From the NCBI GenBank assembly GCA_950097015.1, contig CATNEN010000007.1, forward strand, positions 3,720,001 through 3,784,000: DNA of 64,000 bases. Direction: 5' to 3'. The notes under the pieces are model-generated. The model did no database searches and was not told the origin of the DNA. It saw only the letters and a program-made list of their open reading frames with translations. This document shows positions 60,015-64,000 of the stretch, in pieces (the first letter of the stretch is position 1; each line of letters opens with the position of its first letter). The position numbers were made by a program, and so were the translations under genes. Source of the DNA: Macrostomum hystrix. Its lineage: Eukaryota > Animalia > Platyhelminthes.

Positions 60015-62983
60015 TCAGGGATGCGCGCCGGTCATGTCGAAGGTCCACCAGTCGTCTTGGTAGCCTTCGTACACGTGCTGGAGTAGGGCGGCGGCCCGGT
60101 TGGTGCAGTAGCGGTAGCGGTCCTGCACAGACTGCTTGAGCCGCTGCAGGTTGGCCAGGTCCAGCTCCCGCTCCAGCACTTCGCTCAGCGCCTCGGTGGT
60201 CAGCTGCAGATTGCGCTGATTGTCCTCCAGGATTCTCTGCTGGTTGCTGGGCTGCAGGTAGTAGGCGAAGACGTACGTGTACATTAGCACTCGGCGGCAT
60301 TTGCACAGCGCGTCAACAGCGTCCCTGAGGAAGCGGCACTCCACCCAGGACAGCCCGGCCTGCTGAATCTCCGTCATCTTGGCGCTGATAATGCCGATGA
60401 GGCGCGATTCCAGCTCCATGGAGCGGCGATGGTTCATGTACAGGTCGTAATAGTGCAGGTAGCGGACCAGGTAGTCGCGGGAGACGGACTGGGCCAGTCG
60501 AAGTCGCTCGGCCCGGTCCTTGTCGAAGCGGTTGCAGTTGTACCACTGGTTGCCATGCGGTTGCCATTCGCCCATGCACACCCAGCAGAACTCGTAACGG
60601 CAGCTGGCGTTGCGGCAAATCATGTGATTGCAGCCGCCGTCCTTCTCGATGGTGGCGTGGCACTTCGGGCAGGGCTGCCAACAGGGCGATGGGCAGGGCA
60701 GTGAGTTGACAAGATAATTCGATTTAAATTGCCGTGTTAACATCTCACATCAGAGCAACATCAGATGTCAACAGGAAAGGGATTATCACAGTTAGCGGGC
60801 CTGAACATTCAGGAGAAGAGCTGAACATTCATGAGAAGAACTGAAATTTCAGGATAAGCATGACTGAACATTCAGGAGGTGCGGGCGAACACGCAATCAA
60901 GTTGGCCCCTCACCTTGGTGTGCACCAGAAACCACTGAGTATTCATGGACTCGCCCTCGTTCTTGTGCAGCCATTTGCGCAGCATCTCACAGCTGATTGG
61001 CTCGTGCCAGTCGTTGCCACAGGAAAAGCAGAAAGACTTGCCGCAGCGGCAGGTGACGCGGCAGACCAGGCCGCCGGTGTCGTCCAAGAGGCTGACAACC
61101 AGCTCGCAGTCCAAGCCCGGGCAGGGGGCCAGGCGGCGGGTGTCGTAGACATAGGACTTGAGTATGGAGCGCCGGTACTGGCTGCGCAGCCGGTCAGTGA
61201 GGAGGTGCTGATCGACCAGGAAGTCGTCGGCCTGAGCCAGGCAGTCATGCGCCGGGCACTGGAATGCATCGAACTGGCCGTTGGCGCTCATCTTCTCCTC
61301 CAGGTAGGCGGTCCAGCAGGGCGAGCAGAACCGGTGACCGCAGCCGGCCCCACTGAGGCTGCTGGACTCGGTGAAGCAGATCTCGCACAATGTCTCGCTT
61401 GAGCACTGAGACTGTAGCTGCTGCTGCTGCTGCGGTATGTGGTACGAGGCTAGAAACTCGTCTGGATCAGATTCGTAATAGCTGCAAAAGAATGGAATTG
61501 CATATCGATGCAAAATGTCACTGACAACGCTCTAGATAAGCAAGGGAAGAGGATAAGGAAGCGGGAATGAGAAGATCTGGTAGAAGGAGAGAAGATAAGG
61601 CAGGTGAGAAGATAATTCAGGGGAAAAGATAAGGCAGGGGAGAAGATAAGGCAGGGGAGAAGATAAGGCAGGGGAGAAGAGAATGCAGGGGAGAAGATAA
61701 GGCAGGGGAGAAGATAAGGCAGGGGAGAAGAGAATGCAGGGGAAAAGATAAATAAGAAGATAAGGGGAAAATAAGATAAGATAATAAGATAATAAGATAA
61801 GATAAGGGGAGAAGATAAGGCAGGGGAGAAGAGAATGCAGGGGAAAAGATAAGGCAGGGAAGAAGAGAATGCAGGGGAGAAGATAAGGCAGGGGAGAAGA
61901 TAAGGCAGGGGAGAAGATAAGGCAGGGGAGAAGATAATTCAGGGGAGAAGATAAGGCAGGGGAGAAGAGAATGCAGGGGAAAAGATAAATAAGAAGATAA
62001 GGGGAAAATAAGATAAGATAAGGGGAGAAGAGAATGCAGGGGAAAAGATAAGGCAGGGGAGAAGATAAGGCAGGGGAGAAGAGAATGCAGGGGAAAAGAT
62101 AAGGCAGGGGAGAAGAGAATGCAGGGGAGAAGATAATGCAGGAGAGAAGATAAGGAAGGGGAGAAGGAAAGGTAGGGGAGAAGATAAGGTAGGGGAGAAG
62201 ATAAGGCAGGGGAGAAGAGAATGCAGGGGAGAAGAGAATGCAGGGGAGAAGATAAGGTAGGGGAGAAGGAAAGGTAGGGGAGAAAATAAGGCAGGGGAGA
62301 AGGAAAGGTAGGGGAGAAAATAAGGCAGGGGAGAAGGAAAGGTAGGGGAGAAAATAAGGCAGGGGAGAAGGAAAGGTAGGGGAGAAAATAAGGCAGGGGA
62401 GAAGAAAATGCAGGGGAGAAGAGAATGCAGGAGAGAAGATAAGGCAGGGGAGAAGATAAGGAAGGGGAGAAGAGAAAAAAGGGGAGAAGAGAAGGCTGGG
62501 GAAGGAAAGGTAGCGGAGAAGATAAGGAAGGGGAGAAGAGGAAGGGGAGAAGGAAAGGCAGGGGGAATAGGCAAGAAAATGGGTTTCCGCGCACCGGTCC
62601 AACAGTCGGTCCTTGTCCCACCGGAAGGCCCTTAGCAGCAGGCGAATGTACTGCCTCGGCAGGTGCAGAACTTCAGCAGCGCTGTCAATGACGCGCTGCA
62701 TGGAGTCCCAGAGTTCGTCAGGTGTGAGCACAGTGTAATAATCGCTGCGCCCGGAGTCCGTGCGAATCTGCTGGCCGATGTGATGGTGCTGCTGCACAGG
62801 CAGCTGCTGCTGCACATCCTGCAGCACCATAGCGGCCGATCTGCCGCTGTTGCAGCTATTGTTTCTGTGCACCAGAGACTGCCGGCTCTGCTTTGCGGCC
62901 AGAGGTTGCTCAGCGGGGGACTCTTGGCTGTGTCTCCTGCGCCGGCCACCGCTGCCACCGGCTCTGGCCATAGACGATAGCAT
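60015..62983 (-). CDS. ARIH1: Ariadne-family RBR E3 ubiquitin ligase (exons 62983-62595, 61481-60914, 60674-60015)
   Basis: UBA-like segment ([28 protein letters not shown]), RING1 (CEIC...CGHRFCSPC...CPAHDC), IBR (CPGLDC...[21 protein letters not shown]), RING2 with catalytic Cys ([19 protein letters not shown]...FCWVC) and Ariadne domain ([12 protein letters not shown]...[11 protein letters not shown]). Both junctions are phase-consistent. ARIH1 versus another ari paralog is not certain. Confidence 0.93.
61590..62575. repeat. Purine-rich ~20-bp tandem repeat (aaggcaggggagaagata-like) filling ARIH intron 1
   Basis: Direct reading; begins ~20 nt from the donor at 62594. Confidence 0.95.
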
Positions 62984-63299
62984 AGCCCAGTAGTCAGTGA
63001 GAGAGCTGCAAGCAGAGCCATAGTTAAAGGGATGGCTTGTTGAGGCGTAATTTTAGAAACAGATGATTTCAGAGCATGCGACAAATATTGGAAATTAAAT
63101 AGCAGCAAATGGGGCAACTTTTCTGATTTTTGGACTTTAAAGCTTTGAGATTAACTTCAAGAGATGCACTTCAGATAAGTGGAGATAAGTAAGGAAACGA
63201 AGAGAATATGTGAGGAGAATGATATAAGGAAGAGAAAAAAGTGGGAAGAAACAGAATAGGAAGGGAATGTAAATATGTTACATAATCGGTAGGAAACGA

Positions 63300-64000
63300 G
63301 AATGGAAGGAGAAAAGAGGGAGAAGAGAAGGGAAGGGAAGAAAGAGAAGGGGAATAAGGGAAGAGGAGAGGAGGGAAGGGGAAAGAAGGGAAGGGGAAGA
63401 AAGGAAAAGGGTGTGAGGAGGGAAGGGGAGGAAGGGAAGGTGAATAAAGGGAAGGGAGAAAGGGGAAGGGAAAAGAAGAGAAAGGGAAGAGGAGAGGAGG
63501 GAAGGGAAAGGAAGAGAAAGGGAAGGGGAGAGGAGGGAAGGGGAAAGAAGGGAAGGGAAAGAAAGGGAAGGGAAAGGAAAAGAAAGGGGAGAGGAGGGAA
63601 GGGAAAGGAAGAGAAAGGGAAGGGGAGAGGAGGGAAGGGGAAAGAAGGGAAGGGAAAGAAAGGGAAGGGAAAGGAAAAGAAAGGGGAGAGGAGGGAAGGG
63701 AAAGGAAGAGAAAGGGAAGAGGAGGGAAGGGAAAGGAAAAGAAAGGGGAGAGGAGGGAAGGGAAAGGAAAAGAAAGGGAAGAGGAGGGAAGGGAAAGGAA
63801 AAGAAAGGGAAGAGGAGGGAAGGGAAAGGAAAAGAAAGGGAAGAGGAGGGAAGGGAAAGGAAAAGAAAGGGGAGAGGAGGGAAGGGAAAGGAAAAGAAAG
63901 GGGAGAGGAGGGAAGGGAAAGGAAAAGAAAGGGAAGAGGAGGGAAGGGAAAGGAAGAGAAAGGGAAGGGGAGAGGAGGGAAGGGAAAGGAAAAGAAAGGG
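63300..64000. repeat. Polypurine (G/A) tandem repeat running off the end of the window
   Basis: Direct reading (gagggaagggaaaggaaaagaaaggg-like units). Confidence 0.95.

Overview
Eukaryotic genomic DNA with GT-AG spliceosomal introns, GC-rich exons and AT-rich spacers. About 22 kb (roughly a third, hand estimate) is ~28 mutually unrelated tandem arrays, many filling individual introns. This architecture suggests a Macrostomum-like flatworm, but that is inference only. Exon chains were rebuilt by hand with splice-phase checks. Genes: two unknown genes (80-2804 +, 4057-4893 +); a coiled-coil protein (~6152-7821 +); an FMRFamide-receptor-like GPCR (9046-11772 +); a small secreted protein (15148-15468 -); an intronless tandem-CCCH RNA-binding protein (17034-18392 -); a GnRH/AKH/corazonin-receptor-like GPCR (24183-27381 -); an 8-exon lysyl oxidase-like gene with 2 SRCR domains (34038-42233 -), head-to-head with a 10-exon kexin/furin-family proprotein convertase (43475-57952 +); and an Ariadne/ARIH RBR E3 ligase (60015-62983 -). 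Mobile DNA: a TSD-flanked non-LTR retrotransposon lacking its RT domain in convertase intron 1, a related 3' fragment in intron 7, tRNA-derived SINE-like copies, and a fold-back repeat shared by both GPCR loci. Best leads: the convertase ends in a GPI-signal-like tail with no cytosolic domain; the CCCH protein has TIS11 tandem spacing but Roquin-like finger residues; the RT-less LINE has a structured, duplicated 5' UTR. No rRNA, intact tRNA or CRISPR found. Most long ORFs in the supplied track are translation artefacts of tandem repeats.
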